A stretch of 61,390 nucleotides of DNA, taken from assembly GCA_036787065.1 (NCBI GenBank), contig DAIQPZ010000001.1:1-61390 (forward strand), read 5' to 3'. Of this stretch, positions 20,195 to 30,017 are shown in pieces. This DNA is from Anaerolineaceae bacterium. GTDB taxonomy: Bacteria > Chloroflexota > Anaerolineae > Anaerolineales > Anaerolineaceae. Numbering within the stretch: the first letter of the stretch is position 1; each line of letters starts with the position of its first letter. Below the pieces are notes generated by a model, which saw only the letters and a list, made by a program, of their open reading frames with translations, was not told the DNA's origin and ran no database searches. A program made the position numbers and the translations under genes.

Positions 20195-21387
20195 CCAAGT
20201 TCCTGCACGTCTTCTGGAATGAATATACCCGGCATGTCTTGCGTAAAAGGTTCCTTTTCGCCCTGTTCAGCGTACCCTTCTTTATCGTGTTTCTCGGCCT
20301 GGTAAGCATTCTGACCGTGGTGCTTTCTACCGATACCTCCCCGATTGGCTACGTCGATCACTCGGGATTACTTGTCTCTCCCAGGCGTGTGACCAGTTCA
20401 ACCGATATCATCATCAAGCCCGTGACGCTCATCTCATACCAGAATGAGGTGGATGCGCGCGCTGCATTGGAAAGTAAGAGAATCCAGGCTTATTATATCC
20501 TGGCGCCCGATTACAAGACGTCATCCCGGTCTGAGCTAATATACTTAAAAGAACCCGATTCGTCCATACAAAACCAGTTCGAGGCATTTTTAAAGACCAA
20601 TCTCTTAACGAGTGAACCCACTCTGGTTGCCAAACGGGTCGACCAGGGAACAATTTTCATCATCCAATCGGCGGACGGCAAACAGGAATTGGATACCTCA
20701 GAATGGTACAACATCCTCCTCCCCATCATTTCCGGTGTTTTGTTTATTTCAATCATCTTTACCAGTGGGGGTTATCTGATGCAGGCGGTGGTTGAAGAGA
20801 AAGAGAACCGAACGATGGAAATGATCATCACGTCCGTCTCACCCGGGCAGTTAATGGCCGGAAAGATCGCAGGGGATGTTGGGGTCGGGCTGACTCAACT
20901 CCTGACCTGGATCATGTTTGGCGCTGTGGCTATCGGGATTGGCGGCCAGTATTTCGGCTGGATATCTCATATTCACGTGGGAATAAACTTCACCCTGCTC
21001 CTGCTGACTCTTTTTCCTTCCTTTGTGCTGATCGCTGCCCTCATGGCGGCAGTTGGCGCGACTGTTACGGAAGCTCACGAAGCCCAATCGATCACGGGGC
21101 TCTTTTCCTTGCCCATCTGGATCCCCTATTGGTTCATTTATCCAATTATGACCAACCCCAACGGGCCACTTGCCATTGGCCTGAGTTTCTTTCCACTCAC
21201 CGCCCCGGTCACTCTCAGTCTGCGCATGGCATTTACCGAAATACCAGTCTGGCAGTTAAGCCTCAATATCATTGTGCTGTTCTTATTCGCGATCGGTGCA
21301 CTCTGGTTGGCTGCGCGCACTTTTCAATTGGGGATGCTGCGTTACGGTAAACGACTTTCCTGGCGGGAAGTGTTTGGTAAGGCTTGA
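20191..21387 (+). CDS. ABC-2 type exporter permease (NatB-like)
   Basis: N-terminal TM helix, large extracytoplasmic loop, C-terminal 5-TM bundle with EEKENRTMEMI. ATGA overlap with the ATPase gene. Confidence 0.75.
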   Translation: MTKFLHVFWNEYTRHVLRKRFLFALFSVPFFIVFLGLVSILTVVLSTDTSPIGYVDHSGLLVSPRRVTSSTDIIIKPVTLISYQNEVDARAALESKRIQAYYILAPDYKTSSRSELIYLKEPDSSIQNQFEAFLKTNLLTSEPTLVAKRVDQGTIFIIQSADGKQELDTSEWYNILLPIISGVLFISIIFTSGGYLMQAVVEEKENRTMEMIITSVSPGQLMAGKIAGDVGVGLTQLLTWIMFGAVAIGIGGQYFGWISHIHVGINFTLLLLTLFPSFVLIAALMAAVGATVTEAHEAQSITGLFSLPIWIPYWFIYPIMTNPNGPLAIGLSFFPLTAPVTLSLRMAFTEIPVWQLSLNIIVLFLFAIGALWLAARTFQLGMLRYGKRLSWREVFGKA

Positions 21388-21392
21388 AAACT

Positions 21393-22628
21393 ATGAATAA
21401 GACTATCCTCGTGTTTAAAAATGAGCTGATCTCAACGATCACCAGCCGGTCTTTCATCGTCACCTTGTTACTGGTGCCGGGAGTTTCTGCCATCATGATG
21501 GTGGTCATATCCATCCTGGGGCAGAATACTTCCCAGGTCGTATCCCAGGTGGTGTTCTCATCCGCACCCAAAACCATCACTGAAGGGTATGTCGATCAAT
21601 CCGGATTGATTAAAACCCTCCCGGATGGGATCAATGCCAGCCGGTTGATCGCTTATCCAGATGAGACGCATGCCCGGCAGGCCCTGGCTCAAAAGGCTAT
21701 TTCAGGCTTTTACGTAATTCCTCAAGATTACATCAGCTCTGGAAAGGTGCTTTATATACGTAACGATTTCAATCCTCTGGCAGGACTCGATCAAACCCGT
21801 ATAATTGAAGAGGTGATTCATTTCAATCTTTTAGGTGGGAATGAATCCCTGGTCAGGAAGCTGAATGCGCCGATGCAATTGAACCGGGTCAGTTTGCTAC
21901 CCCAGACGTCACAACGCGATCAAGGTAGTTTTCTCACTTTTTTCCTGCCGTATACGGTTACCATGATTTTTTATATCGTCATCCTGACCGCTGCCAGCCT
22001 GATGCTGAACAGTGTGACCGCTGAAAAACAAAACCGGATCATGGAGATTTTGATGGTATCCATGACTCCCACTCAGATGCTGACCGGCAAGATCATTGCG
22101 CTTGGCCTGGTCGGGCTCATCCAGACGATCGTATGGACTGGGGCTGGATATGGCCTGTTAATCTTAAGCGGACAGAAATTAAACCTTTCGCCGGCATTTA
22201 GCCTGCCGCCATCCATCCTTTTATGGGGAATGATATTTTTCCTCCTCGGGTATGCCGTATATGCCGGGCTAATGGCTGGGGTTGGCGCATTAGTGCCCAA
22301 CCTGCGTGAGGCTTCTCAGGCCACCACCATTATGATCATCCCAATGATCATTCCATTGATATTGATTTCGACCTTGATTAATGCTCCCAACGGGGTCATC
22401 TCTATGGTTCTCAGCCTTTTTCCCCTGACTGCACCGGTAGCCATGATGGCCCGCCTATCCGCTGGGGTGGTTCCAATTTGGGAGATACTCCTATCGATCG
22501 GACTTCTGGCAATCACCGCCGTGTTGATCATCCGCTCGGTAGCCGGGATGTTCCGCGCGCAAACTTTATTATCCGGCCAGGCCTTCAATTTCAAAGTGTT
22601 CTTTAAGGCCTTAACCGGCATGAACTAA
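21393..22628 (+). CDS. ABC-2 type exporter permease (NatB-like), second copy
   Basis: Same topology, AEKQNRIMEIL. An alternative TTG start at 21384 overlaps the upstream stop. Confidence 0.75.
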   Translation: MNKTILVFKNELISTITSRSFIVTLLLVPGVSAIMMVVISILGQNTSQVVSQVVFSSAPKTITEGYVDQSGLIKTLPDGINASRLIAYPDETHARQALAQKAISGFYVIPQDYISSGKVLYIRNDFNPLAGLDQTRIIEEVIHFNLLGGNESLVRKLNAPMQLNRVSLLPQTSQRDQGSFLTFFLPYTVTMIFYIVILTAASLMLNSVTAEKQNRIMEILMVSMTPTQMLTGKIIALGLVGLIQTIVWTGAGYGLLILSGQKLNLSPAFSLPPSILLWGMIFFLLGYAVYAGLMAGVGALVPNLREASQATTIMIIPMIIPLILISTLINAPNGVISMVLSLFPLTAPVAMMARLSAGVVPIWEILLSIGLLAITAVLIIRSVAGMFRAQTLLSGQAFNFKVFFKALTGMN

Positions 22629-22640
22629 AGCCCCGGTCAG

Positions 22641-22745
22641 GTTAATCCTTCAGTTAAAGTTGCCGAATTTGAGGTGTTTGCGCTTGCCAAGTAAGCGCCT
22701 ACCCCTCAAATTCAGGTCTTTTTTTACACAAGCCTGAGCAATTAC
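22641..22745 (+). mobile_element. Family-1 MITE-like element, full length, decayed stem
   Basis: Ends gttaatccttcag / ctgagcaattac. The inner arms have 3 mismatches. Confidence 0.8.
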
Positions 22746-22846
22746 CTGGAACTAATCATAAAAAGAAATCGTCATATCGTATATAATGTGAATCAGGTTA
22801 ATCACGCCAACTGTTTCAAGTCATCATGATTTAAGGAGAAGAAGAA

Positions 22847-23992
22847 ATGAGAAGGGTTCAAAAAACCGTCATCTTATTTTTAGTTGCAATGCTTTTACTC
22901 AGCGCTTGCAACCTACCCAAAAGTACCGCGACCCCATTCGCTACGCAGTTTGGCGAACAGGACATAATCAGAACAGCCGCTGCCCAAACGGTCGAAGCAA
23001 TGGGGACTGAACTGGCCAGCTCATCCACCCCGGCGCCCCCAACCGTTCCACCCGTTTTTACCCAAACGCCGGTCCCAAATCAACAAGATACCTCCACAGC
23101 CTTGCAAACCCTGGTCTCGATCAAGACCAACACGCCCTTGCCCCCAATGCCATCCAACACGCCGACCGGGTCGTGCGATAAAGCGAAATTCTCGGGTGAA
23201 ACCATTAAGGATGGTACGACTTATTCACCCGGCGCCACATTCTCCAAGGCCTGGACCTTTACCAATGATGGTAACTGCACCTGGGATTCGAATTACATGC
23301 TGGTTTTCATCAGCGGTGACGCGATGAATGCGGTTGCCTCTAAACCCCTCACCACCGCGAATGTTGCGACCGGTCAAACGGTACAAATTTCGGTTGATTT
23401 GACCGCCCCCAGCAAAACAGGTACTTTCCATGGTGATTGGGGACTGCGCAATGGCACAGGCGTTATCTTCTCGAAATTTTGGGTCGAGATCGTCGTCCCT
23501 GGGACTACCTATAACTTTTTAGATAATATGTGCAAGGCAGAATGGCGCACCGCGGCAGGCGTCCTGTCTTGCCCAGGCACCACCACCGACCTGAGTGGGT
23601 ATGTCTTAAAAGTGGACAATCCCAAATTAGACGGTGGGTACCAGGATAATGAATCAGCCATCGAGACTGCTCCCCAGCCGGTGAACAACGGTTACATCAC
23701 CGGTAAATTCCCTGCCTTTAGCGTCACCACGGGCAGCCATTTTAAAACAGTGATCGGCTGTTTATCGGGTTCGACCAACTGCTCGGTGAAATTCACCCTG
23801 GCCTACATCGCTGACGGTGGCGCTCAAACCAATCTGAAAGAATGGGCCAAAACAAACGATGGTAAGTTTATCTCCGTGGACGAAGATTTATCCCCATTGG
23901 CTGGAAAATCAGTCCAATTCATTTTGCAAGTGACCGCCAACGGCACAGGAAGCGCAACCACTCCCTATTGGCTGAAACCAAGAGTTCAATAA
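22847..23992 (+). CDS. Secreted lipoprotein with NBR1-like Ig domain
   Basis: Lipobox LLSAC, PT-rich linker, FSKAWTFTNDGNCTWDSNYMLVF. Confidence 0.55.
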   Translation: MRRVQKTVILFLVAMLLLSACNLPKSTATPFATQFGEQDIIRTAAAQTVEAMGTELASSSTPAPPTVPPVFTQTPVPNQQDTSTALQTLVSIKTNTPLPPMPSNTPTGSCDKAKFSGETIKDGTTYSPGATFSKAWTFTNDGNCTWDSNYMLVFISGDAMNAVASKPLTTANVATGQTVQISVDLTAPSKTGTFHGDWGLRNGTGVIFSKFWVEIVVPGTTYNFLDNMCKAEWRTAAGVLSCPGTTTDLSGYVLKVDNPKLDGGYQDNESAIETAPQPVNNGYITGKFPAFSVTTGSHFKTVIGCLSGSTNCSVKFTLAYIADGGAQTNLKEWAKTNDGKFISVDEDLSPLAGKSVQFILQVTANGTGSATTPYWLKPRVQ

Positions 23993-24013
23993 ATATCAAT
24001 TTTTTCATATCCA

Positions 24014-24056
24014 TGAGGTAATTTAAGCGGTTGCACTCAAATTACCTCACCTTTTC
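24014..24056 (+). terminator. Intrinsic terminator
   Basis: 11-bp stem tgaggtaattt / aaattacctca, tail ccttttc. Confidence 0.5.
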
Positions 24057-24085
24057 GGGGGATTTTTAAGATAGAATAAAGATAG

Positions 24086-24192
24086 ATCCTCAGACTTGAG
24101 GTGACAATCGCCGAACTTCAGGTGATTGCGGATGCGAAGAACCCGCAATCACCTGAAATTCCGACCTTTTTCACGCGAGCCAGAGCAGTAAA
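24086..24192 (+). mobile_element. Family-1 MITE-like element, degenerate ends
   Basis: Inner stem gaacttcaggtgattgcgg / ccgcaatcacctgaaattc (24113-24161) with compensated variants, then cctttttcac and ccagagcagtaa. Confidence 0.8.
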
Positions 24193-24218
24193 AAGAATTA
24201 TTACAGGAGACCGTTTTT

Positions 24219-24983
24219 ATGTTAATAAAACAAACAGCTTTTTGGATCACCACACTCATCCTAACCTCAATGCTAATAACTGCATGCGCCAGTTCTGGTC
24301 CCACAGCAACCCCGACTCAAGACGCTCAGGCAGTTTACACCCAGGCGGCTCAGGCTGTCCAGTCAGAATTAACCCAATCCGCCGCGCTCACCCCTTCAGC
24401 GACCGTGCAACCCACAGATACGCCCACAATGCCGGTTATCCCTACCCTGGCAGTCACGGCTATGCCCCCTGCGACCCAAACGCCAGCCACACCGGCGGCC
24501 ACTTTAACCAATACCGTCCCAGCCGGCAGCGCCTCCTTGGACCAGGCCACCCTGGTGACCCAATCCGTCGCGGATAAGACCACCTATGGGCCTGGCGAAT
24601 CTTTTAAGGTTACCTGGACATTGAAAAATACAGGTAAATCCACCTGGACCACCTTGTATGCGCTCAAATGGTACAGCGGTTTACAGGGAGATAACTTGAA
24701 TGTTGCCAATACAGTCAATCTGGCTAACCCGGTCAAACCAGATGAAAGTATTGATATCAGCGTGTCATTCGTTTCGCCCAAAGACATTAGTATTGCGCGG
24801 ACTGTCTGGTATTTACAAGACACAATGACCGGCGCGAATATCCTTAAATTAACTCTCGAAATTGAAGTCGCCAACGTCCCCACCGCCACATTAACCGTAA
24901 CGACTGCAGTAACTGCCACCACAGCCGCTACACTTACGCCAACCGCTGCTTCTAATACCCCAACGGTTACACCCACCAAATAA
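24219..24983 (+). CDS. Secreted lipoprotein with NBR1-like Ig domain (paralog-like)
   Basis: Lipobox LITAC, PT/AT-rich linkers, FKVTWTLKNTGKSTWTTLYALKW. Confidence 0.55.
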   Translation: MLIKQTAFWITTLILTSMLITACASSGPTATPTQDAQAVYTQAAQAVQSELTQSAALTPSATVQPTDTPTMPVIPTLAVTAMPPATQTPATPAATLTNTVPAGSASLDQATLVTQSVADKTTYGPGESFKVTWTLKNTGKSTWTTLYALKWYSGLQGDNLNVANTVNLANPVKPDESIDISVSFVSPKDISIARTVWYLQDTMTGANILKLTLEIEVANVPTATLTVTTAVTATTAATLTPTAASNTPTVTPTK

Positions 24984-25032
24984 CTTTGGCCCACAATCGC
25001 CTGAACGCCTGGTCGGTATCCCTTGAACAACG

Positions 25033-26202
25033 ATGGCAAAAAATCTGTCCATTCTAACAGAAGATGTAAAAACCGAGGCTTATCGCCTCGGTTTTTCACT
25101 GGTTGGGGTGACGACACCCGATCCACCCGACCATCTCGATGTTTACCAGCACTGGCTGCAATCCCGACGGCATGCCAGTATGGGCTACCTGGCTACTGAG
25201 TCAGCTCGCCAGCGGCGCGCTGATCCCAGACTGGTCATGCCGGAATGTCGCAACATCCTGACATTAGGGCTGCGTTACCCGTCGCCAGTATCGCTGCCTG
25301 TCCCTCAAACAGAGCATCCTTTTGGGCGAATCGCATCTTATGCATGGGGTGAAGATTATCATTTTATCTTTCCCGAACTTATGGGACAACTCAAGGATGG
25401 CTTAAGGCGCCTCGCCGGACGGGAGGTAACCACCCGGGGATATACTGATACTGGGCCGATCCTGGAAAGGGAGTTAGCCCAACGCGCAGGTCTGGGGTGG
25501 ATCGCCAAAAACTCATGCCTGATCGCTCTTCGTCAGGGTTCCTATTATTTATTAGCGGAGCTCTTTATGAAGCTGGAATTGGAGCCCGATCCGCCCTTTA
25601 CACTGGATGGATGTGGGTCTTGCCGGCGGTGTATCGAGGCCTGTCCGACCCAATGCATCCTTCCCGACCGGACGCTAGACTCGGCCCGCTGCATCTCTTA
25701 TCTGACGATCGAGAACAAAGGGCCGATCAACCGTGAATTGAGGCCCTTCATGGGAAAATGGTTATTTGGGTGCGACGTGTGCCAGATGGTCTGCCCCTGG
25801 AATCAACGCTTTGCAGATGCCGCCAGGGAAGGGCCTACCCCAGGATCGCCCATCTTCACACCCCGGTCAGAGGTTCCCTTTCCCGACCTTATCCGGGAAT
25901 TGGCATTAACCCCACAGGCCTATAATCAAAAATTTAAACGCAGCCCGGTACAAAGACCCAGGCGGCGCGGTTACTTGCGCAATGTGGCGATTGCCCTGGG
26001 AAACAGCACTGACCGGGCGGGGCTTCTCGCGTTAGCCGCGACCATCCAGCACGAACCGGAAGTGCTTGTTCGAGGCGCCGCTGCCTGGGCATTGGGTCAA
26101 TTCGATCTCCCCGCAGCTCGCCAGGCATTAAGTAAAGCCTCATCAACAGAAACCGATCCAGGTGTTCTGGATGAAATCGGCAAGGCACTGAGCAATCATT
26201 AA
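25033..26202 (+). CDS. queG: tRNA epoxyqueuosine(34) reductase
   Basis: 4Fe-4S motifs CGSCRRCIEACPTQC and CDVCQMVCPWN, C-terminal HEAT-like repeats. Confidence 0.85.
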   Translation: MAKNLSILTEDVKTEAYRLGFSLVGVTTPDPPDHLDVYQHWLQSRRHASMGYLATESARQRRADPRLVMPECRNILTLGLRYPSPVSLPVPQTEHPFGRIASYAWGEDYHFIFPELMGQLKDGLRRLAGREVTTRGYTDTGPILERELAQRAGLGWIAKNSCLIALRQGSYYLLAELFMKLELEPDPPFTLDGCGSCRRCIEACPTQCILPDRTLDSARCISYLTIENKGPINRELRPFMGKWLFGCDVCQMVCPWNQRFADAAREGPTPGSPIFTPRSEVPFPDLIRELALTPQAYNQKFKRSPVQRPRRRGYLRNVAIALGNSTDRAGLLALAATIQHEPEVLVRGAAAWALGQFDLPAARQALSKASSTETDPGVLDEIGKALSNH

Positions 26203-26211
26203 ATGATCCTG

Positions 26212-27573
26212 TTATGGCAGCCAGGCCGGTAAGGCAGCATTTTGCGCGATCACCTGGCTTTGGTGGGTAACCTTATCCCAAACGAGCACTTCGGGCTGGC
26301 TGTCGGAGCGTCCTAATTCAAAGCGTTGATATACAATAGCGGTGCCCTGGTTATTCCAATGATACGCCGCCTGGGTATAGATCTGATTATCCGTCACATC
26401 CACAGGCGGCTCTTGCTTAAAACCCAACACCCATAGTTGCTTGCTCTGCCCGCCTTCAAGGGAGCGCAGCCCTAAAACCACCGATTGGCCATCCGCCGAC
26501 CAATCGGGTATGCTGGCATCCAGGCCAGCGAGACTATCCTTAAATGGCTCTCCACCTTTACCACGGGTCATGTCATACGAGTAAACTGATAAATAGCTTT
26601 GCTCGCCGGTGGAAAGTTCATTCACAAATAACAACTGGTTTCCGTCTGGTGACCAGGCAATAACCTGATCGATTTGGGTCTGGAGTAGGGTGTCTTTACT
26701 GTTTTGAAGGTTTAGCACGTGGAGACTCTGGTGAGCAGTATCATAAAAAGCCAGGTATTTCCCTTCAGGCGACCAGTTGGGTGAATCGCCCGTAATGCTC
26801 GCATCCTGGAATAACGACGCTGATTGACCCGAGGTCACTTCGATTGTCCATACTCGGGGGGCATTAAAGGCACTATTTGGCCCATTTTTACGGCTCTTCC
26901 GGCTGAAAGCGATTCGATCACTGTTCCAGGACCAGGCTGGCTGGCTGCATTGGTCCGCCCCACAGCTGAGTAACAGTGTATGATTGGCGCCATCACGGGG
27001 CATCAACCATATATCGGCGCCATTCTGGTCGTTCAGCAAGGTATAAGCGATGGTCTCGCCATCTCGAGAAACCGCAAAATCTTGAACGGCATTCGCTGTA
27101 TCGGTTAATTTTTGGGGATTGCCCGTACCCACATCCTTGTACCAAAGATCGCTGCCCTCTTGCGCCGGTGAAATATAGATCAAACTTGGGGACCGAATGG
27201 TGAATTTCCAGCTAAAATTTTTCTTTAACTTTCGTCCATCCGTCCCTGGCGCACCAGAAGTTACACTGGCTGAGTAGTTTCCTCCAGCTTTAAAGGGTTC
27301 TCGCGGTTCGAACCAGAGGGTCTTTCCATCCCACTGGAACTGCCCGGCAATTTCTGGGGTAATCTTAAAAACCTTTTCGGTAAGATCCTTTACCATCGCC
27401 TGGCCAAACTCAACCCCAACTTTCCCCCATGGTCCAATTTGGGTTCCATCCAAGGGATAGGCTTTGACGATACTCACACCCGACTTATTGAAAATAATCA
27501 AAATAATTGCCAGTGCCAGCCCTAGAACAGCCAGCGCTGCCCAAACCAAACGATCGAAATGAGGTATTTTCAT
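26212..27573 (-). CDS. TM-anchored Ig-like + PD40/TolB-like beta-propeller protein
   Basis: N-terminal TM helix, SbsA-type Ig-like segment, and repeated S.DG..IAF / W.PDG motifs. Confidence 0.65.
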   Translation of the reverse strand: MKIPHFDRLVWAALAVLGLALAIILIIFNKSGVSIVKAYPLDGTQIGPWGKVGVEFGQAMVKDLTEKVFKITPEIAGQFQWDGKTLWFEPREPFKAGGNYSASVTSGAPGTDGRKLKKNFSWKFTIRSPSLIYISPAQEGSDLWYKDVGTGNPQKLTDTANAVQDFAVSRDGETIAYTLLNDQNGADIWLMPRDGANHTLLLSCGADQCSQPAWSWNSDRIAFSRKSRKNGPNSAFNAPRVWTIEVTSGQSASLFQDASITGDSPNWSPEGKYLAFYDTAHQSLHVLNLQNSKDTLLQTQIDQVIAWSPDGNQLLFVNELSTGEQSYLSVYSYDMTRGKGGEPFKDSLAGLDASIPDWSADGQSVVLGLRSLEGGQSKQLWVLGFKQEPPVDVTDNQIYTQAAYHWNNQGTAIVYQRFELGRSDSQPEVLVWDKVTHQSQVIAQNAALPAWLP

Positions 27574-27579
27574 GGATTG

Positions 27580-28323
27580 TTAAGGGATAATAAAGGGCAT
27601 ATCCGGATCTGGCGCCATTTGCACACTTTGCGCCCTTATTTTTGGGATGGCCTTGCCATCCAGATAAGCAGCTATGACCTCACCCCGGACCTGGACCCAT
27701 TGATTATCTGCCAGGTTGGCGGATTGCGGCCATTCCACTTGCATGCCCACCGGTTGGAGATCCGCGACGCTGTTTGTGATCACAAACCGAACCAATAAAA
27801 AAGAGCTTGAACTCAACCCAGGCGCATGGTAGATAAAGCCCGTCACATTGGCCGTCTCTCGATTTATTATCGCCGGATCTGGAACTTTTCGAATAAGCCA
27901 CACCCAATCCAAAATCGTATAGTTATCTGGCTTCATAGCCGCAGGAAAATCTGGGATTTTAGCGCCTGGAGGTAACGGGACAGCCTGGTTAATCCCAGAT
28001 AACGCCATAGCCCTGACCGGGTAGGGCAATGACTGGCCAATTAAATCGGCGGTAATTGGCAGGATTAACATTAGAAGACTTAAAACCGCCCACCGGCTGC
28101 CCGTGACAGGTCGCTGGTTGATTTCTGTCGACGGATCATCCGGCCGGTTGAACAGAATTCTTTGAGCCAGGATAAAAAAAACCAGGGTCACTAACAAAAC
28201 TAAAAGGGTAAACCTTGGATTGATATAGAACTGGATCTCGTCACCCCCCAACTTATCCAGTAAGTAGAATCCTAAGACGGCCATGATTAAGGCCTGAAAA
28301 GTGCGGTAAGTTTTGATCCGCAT
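27580..28323 (-). CDS. TIGR03943/DUF1980-family membrane protein
   Basis: The N-terminal two TM helices (LGFYLLDKL..YINPRF) and the C-terminal domain layout resemble the TIGR03943 family. Confidence 0.5.
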   Translation of the reverse strand: MRIKTYRTFQALIMAVLGFYLLDKLGGDEIQFYINPRFTLLVLLVTLVFFILAQRILFNRPDDPSTEINQRPVTGSRWAVLSLLMLILPITADLIGQSLPYPVRAMALSGINQAVPLPPGAKIPDFPAAMKPDNYTILDWVWLIRKVPDPAIINRETANVTGFIYHAPGLSSSSFLLVRFVITNSVADLQPVGMQVEWPQSANLADNQWVQVRGEVIAAYLDGKAIPKIRAQSVQMAPDPDMPFIIP

Positions 28324-28397
28324 ATTGGGATTATAAACCCGCTCGAGACGTTGGGCGTATAGACTTTGACATTGTCACATTTCCCAACCCCCTCACC

Positions 28398-28581
28398 CAT
28401 ATGCGCTAACATAAGCAGAACATTAGCGAGCGAAAAAAAGTGCAGAACCTCACTTATTTGATTGAAATGCTGCGAGGCTTTGCGAAGCAATCAGATTGCT
28501 TCGCAAAGCCTCCATTAGACATTTCTCTTGTTCATGTCATGTGCCCAATGCAAGCGCGAGCGGCTTAAGTTAGCGCATATG
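28398..28581. repeat. 184-bp element bounded by 19-bp inverted repeats with a central 39-bp palindrome
   Basis: catatgcgctaacataagc (28398-28416) pairs with gcttaagttagcgcatatg (28563-28581) with 1 mismatch. The central perfect palindrome gaggctttgcgaagcaatc a gattgcttcgcaaagcctc is at 28474-28512. Confidence 0.6.
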
Positions 28582-28677
28582 CCCCACTCGCCCCCTTCCG
28601 GGGAAGAGGAAATACAAGACCGCTTTTTACAACGGTCTTGTAACAAACAGACTCGGATTGTATTTCCCGATCAGGCT

Positions 28678-29853
28678 TTATTTATCCAACAAAGCCGCCA
28701 GACCGGGCAGCACCAAACCCTCTAACATCTCGAGGGAGGCGCCCCCACCGGTCGAAATATGGGTTATTTTTTCAGCCAGCCCCGATTCCTGAATAGCTGC
28801 GACCGAATCACCGCCGCCAATGATGGTGATACCGCCGCAATCAGCGACAGCCTTGGCCACACCATACGTGCCCTTGGCAAAGCGCGGGAACTCAAACACG
28901 CCCATGGGTCCATTCCATACCACTGTGCCAGCACCCTTTAGAAAACCAGTGTAAGCTTCAATCGTTTTTGGTCCAATATCTAAAATACGCCAGCCATCCG
29001 GAACGGGTCCGGTAGCCATTTCTTTGAGTTGCGCTTCAGCATCGAATTTATCGCCTAAGACCACATCCACGGGTAGGTGAAGCTTGCTCGAGCCATCAGC
29101 CAGGAGCTGGCGAGCCGTTTCAACCGCATCGGCCTCGACCAGTGAATCGCCCATAGAAATTCCTTTCGCCGCCAGGAAGGTGTTCGCCATGCCACCACCG
29201 ATCAGGATGGCGTCCGCTTTGCTCAACAGGTTGCGAATGACGCCAATTTTATCGCTGATTTTAGCACCACCCAGGATTGTGATGAAAGGCCGCTTGGGAT
29301 CGGCAATGGCCTGCCCCAAATAGCGGATTTCTTTTTCCATCAAAAAGCCTGCCACAGCCGGTAAGAAGTGGGCGACGCCTTCTGTCGAGGAATGTGCGCG
29401 ATGGGCTGAGCCAAAGGCATCGTTGACATAGACATCAGCTAATGCGGCCATCTTGCGGGCGAGTTCCATGTCATTCTTTTCCTCTTCAGGATGGAAGCGT
29501 GTATTTTCAAGCAGCAATATCTGCCCTGGTTTCAGGGCTTTGGCTGCCGCTTCGGTCGCAGGGCCAACACAATCTTCGGCAAAAGCCACTGGTTTGCCCA
29601 TTAAACCGCTGAGGTAATCCGCGACTGGGCGCAAGGAGAGCTTGGGATCAGGGCCGCCCTTTGGCCGCCCCAGGTGTGAACACAGAATAACTGCAGCGCC
29701 GTGCTGCAGGAGATATTCAATCGTTGGAAGCGCCGCCCGGATACGGGTATCATCACCCACTTTACCGTCTTTGATCGGCACGTTAAAGTCAACCCTTACC
29801 AGGACTCTTTTGCCGTTGACATCAATATCGTTTACAGTTTTTTTATTGAACAT
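28678..29853 (-). CDS. pgk: Phosphoglycerate kinase
   Basis: [10 protein letters not shown], 391 aa, full-length PGK similarity. Confidence 0.97.
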   Translation of the reverse strand: MFNKKTVNDIDVNGKRVLVRVDFNVPIKDGKVGDDTRIRAALPTIEYLLQHGAAVILCSHLGRPKGGPDPKLSLRPVADYLSGLMGKPVAFAEDCVGPATEAAAKALKPGQILLLENTRFHPEEEKNDMELARKMAALADVYVNDAFGSAHRAHSSTEGVAHFLPAVAGFLMEKEIRYLGQAIADPKRPFITILGGAKISDKIGVIRNLLSKADAILIGGGMANTFLAAKGISMGDSLVEADAVETARQLLADGSSKLHLPVDVVLGDKFDAEAQLKEMATGPVPDGWRILDIGPKTIEAYTGFLKGAGTVVWNGPMGVFEFPRFAKGTYGVAKAVADCGGITIIGGGDSVAAIQESGLAEKITHISTGGGASLEMLEGLVLPGLAALLDK

Positions 29854-29934
29854 CGATCCCTCTCTTGGTTGCTTCTAATCATAATTCGCCGGCATAACCC
29901 CGATTATGCCAGGTTTAGGTGCTTACAAAGTGAG

Positions 29935-29992
29935 TAAATAAAATGCGTAAGGGTGTTGCCCATGAGCAGACATCCACTACGCATTTATTTTA
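29935..29992 (-). terminator. Possible hairpin between gap and pgk
   Basis: aaatgcgta / tacgcattt stem with AT-rich extensions and a large (28-nt) loop. Confidence 0.25.
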
Positions 29993-30017
29993 CGATAAGG
30001 CTGCCTCCAACGTTGTG

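Noticed and set aside
24101-25126. ORFs 24101-24577 (+) and 24584-25126 (-)
   Set aside because: The first starts inside a MITE copy and overlaps the lipoprotein gene in another frame. The second is antisense to that gene and to queG. Both have biased, low-complexity translations.
28528-28725. 65-aa ORF in the pgk / TIGR03943 spacer
   Set aside because: It overlaps the pgk 3' end and the inverted-repeat element. It has no SD and no similarity. The spacer is better explained by the 184-bp repeat and a pgk terminator-like hairpin (28612-28642).
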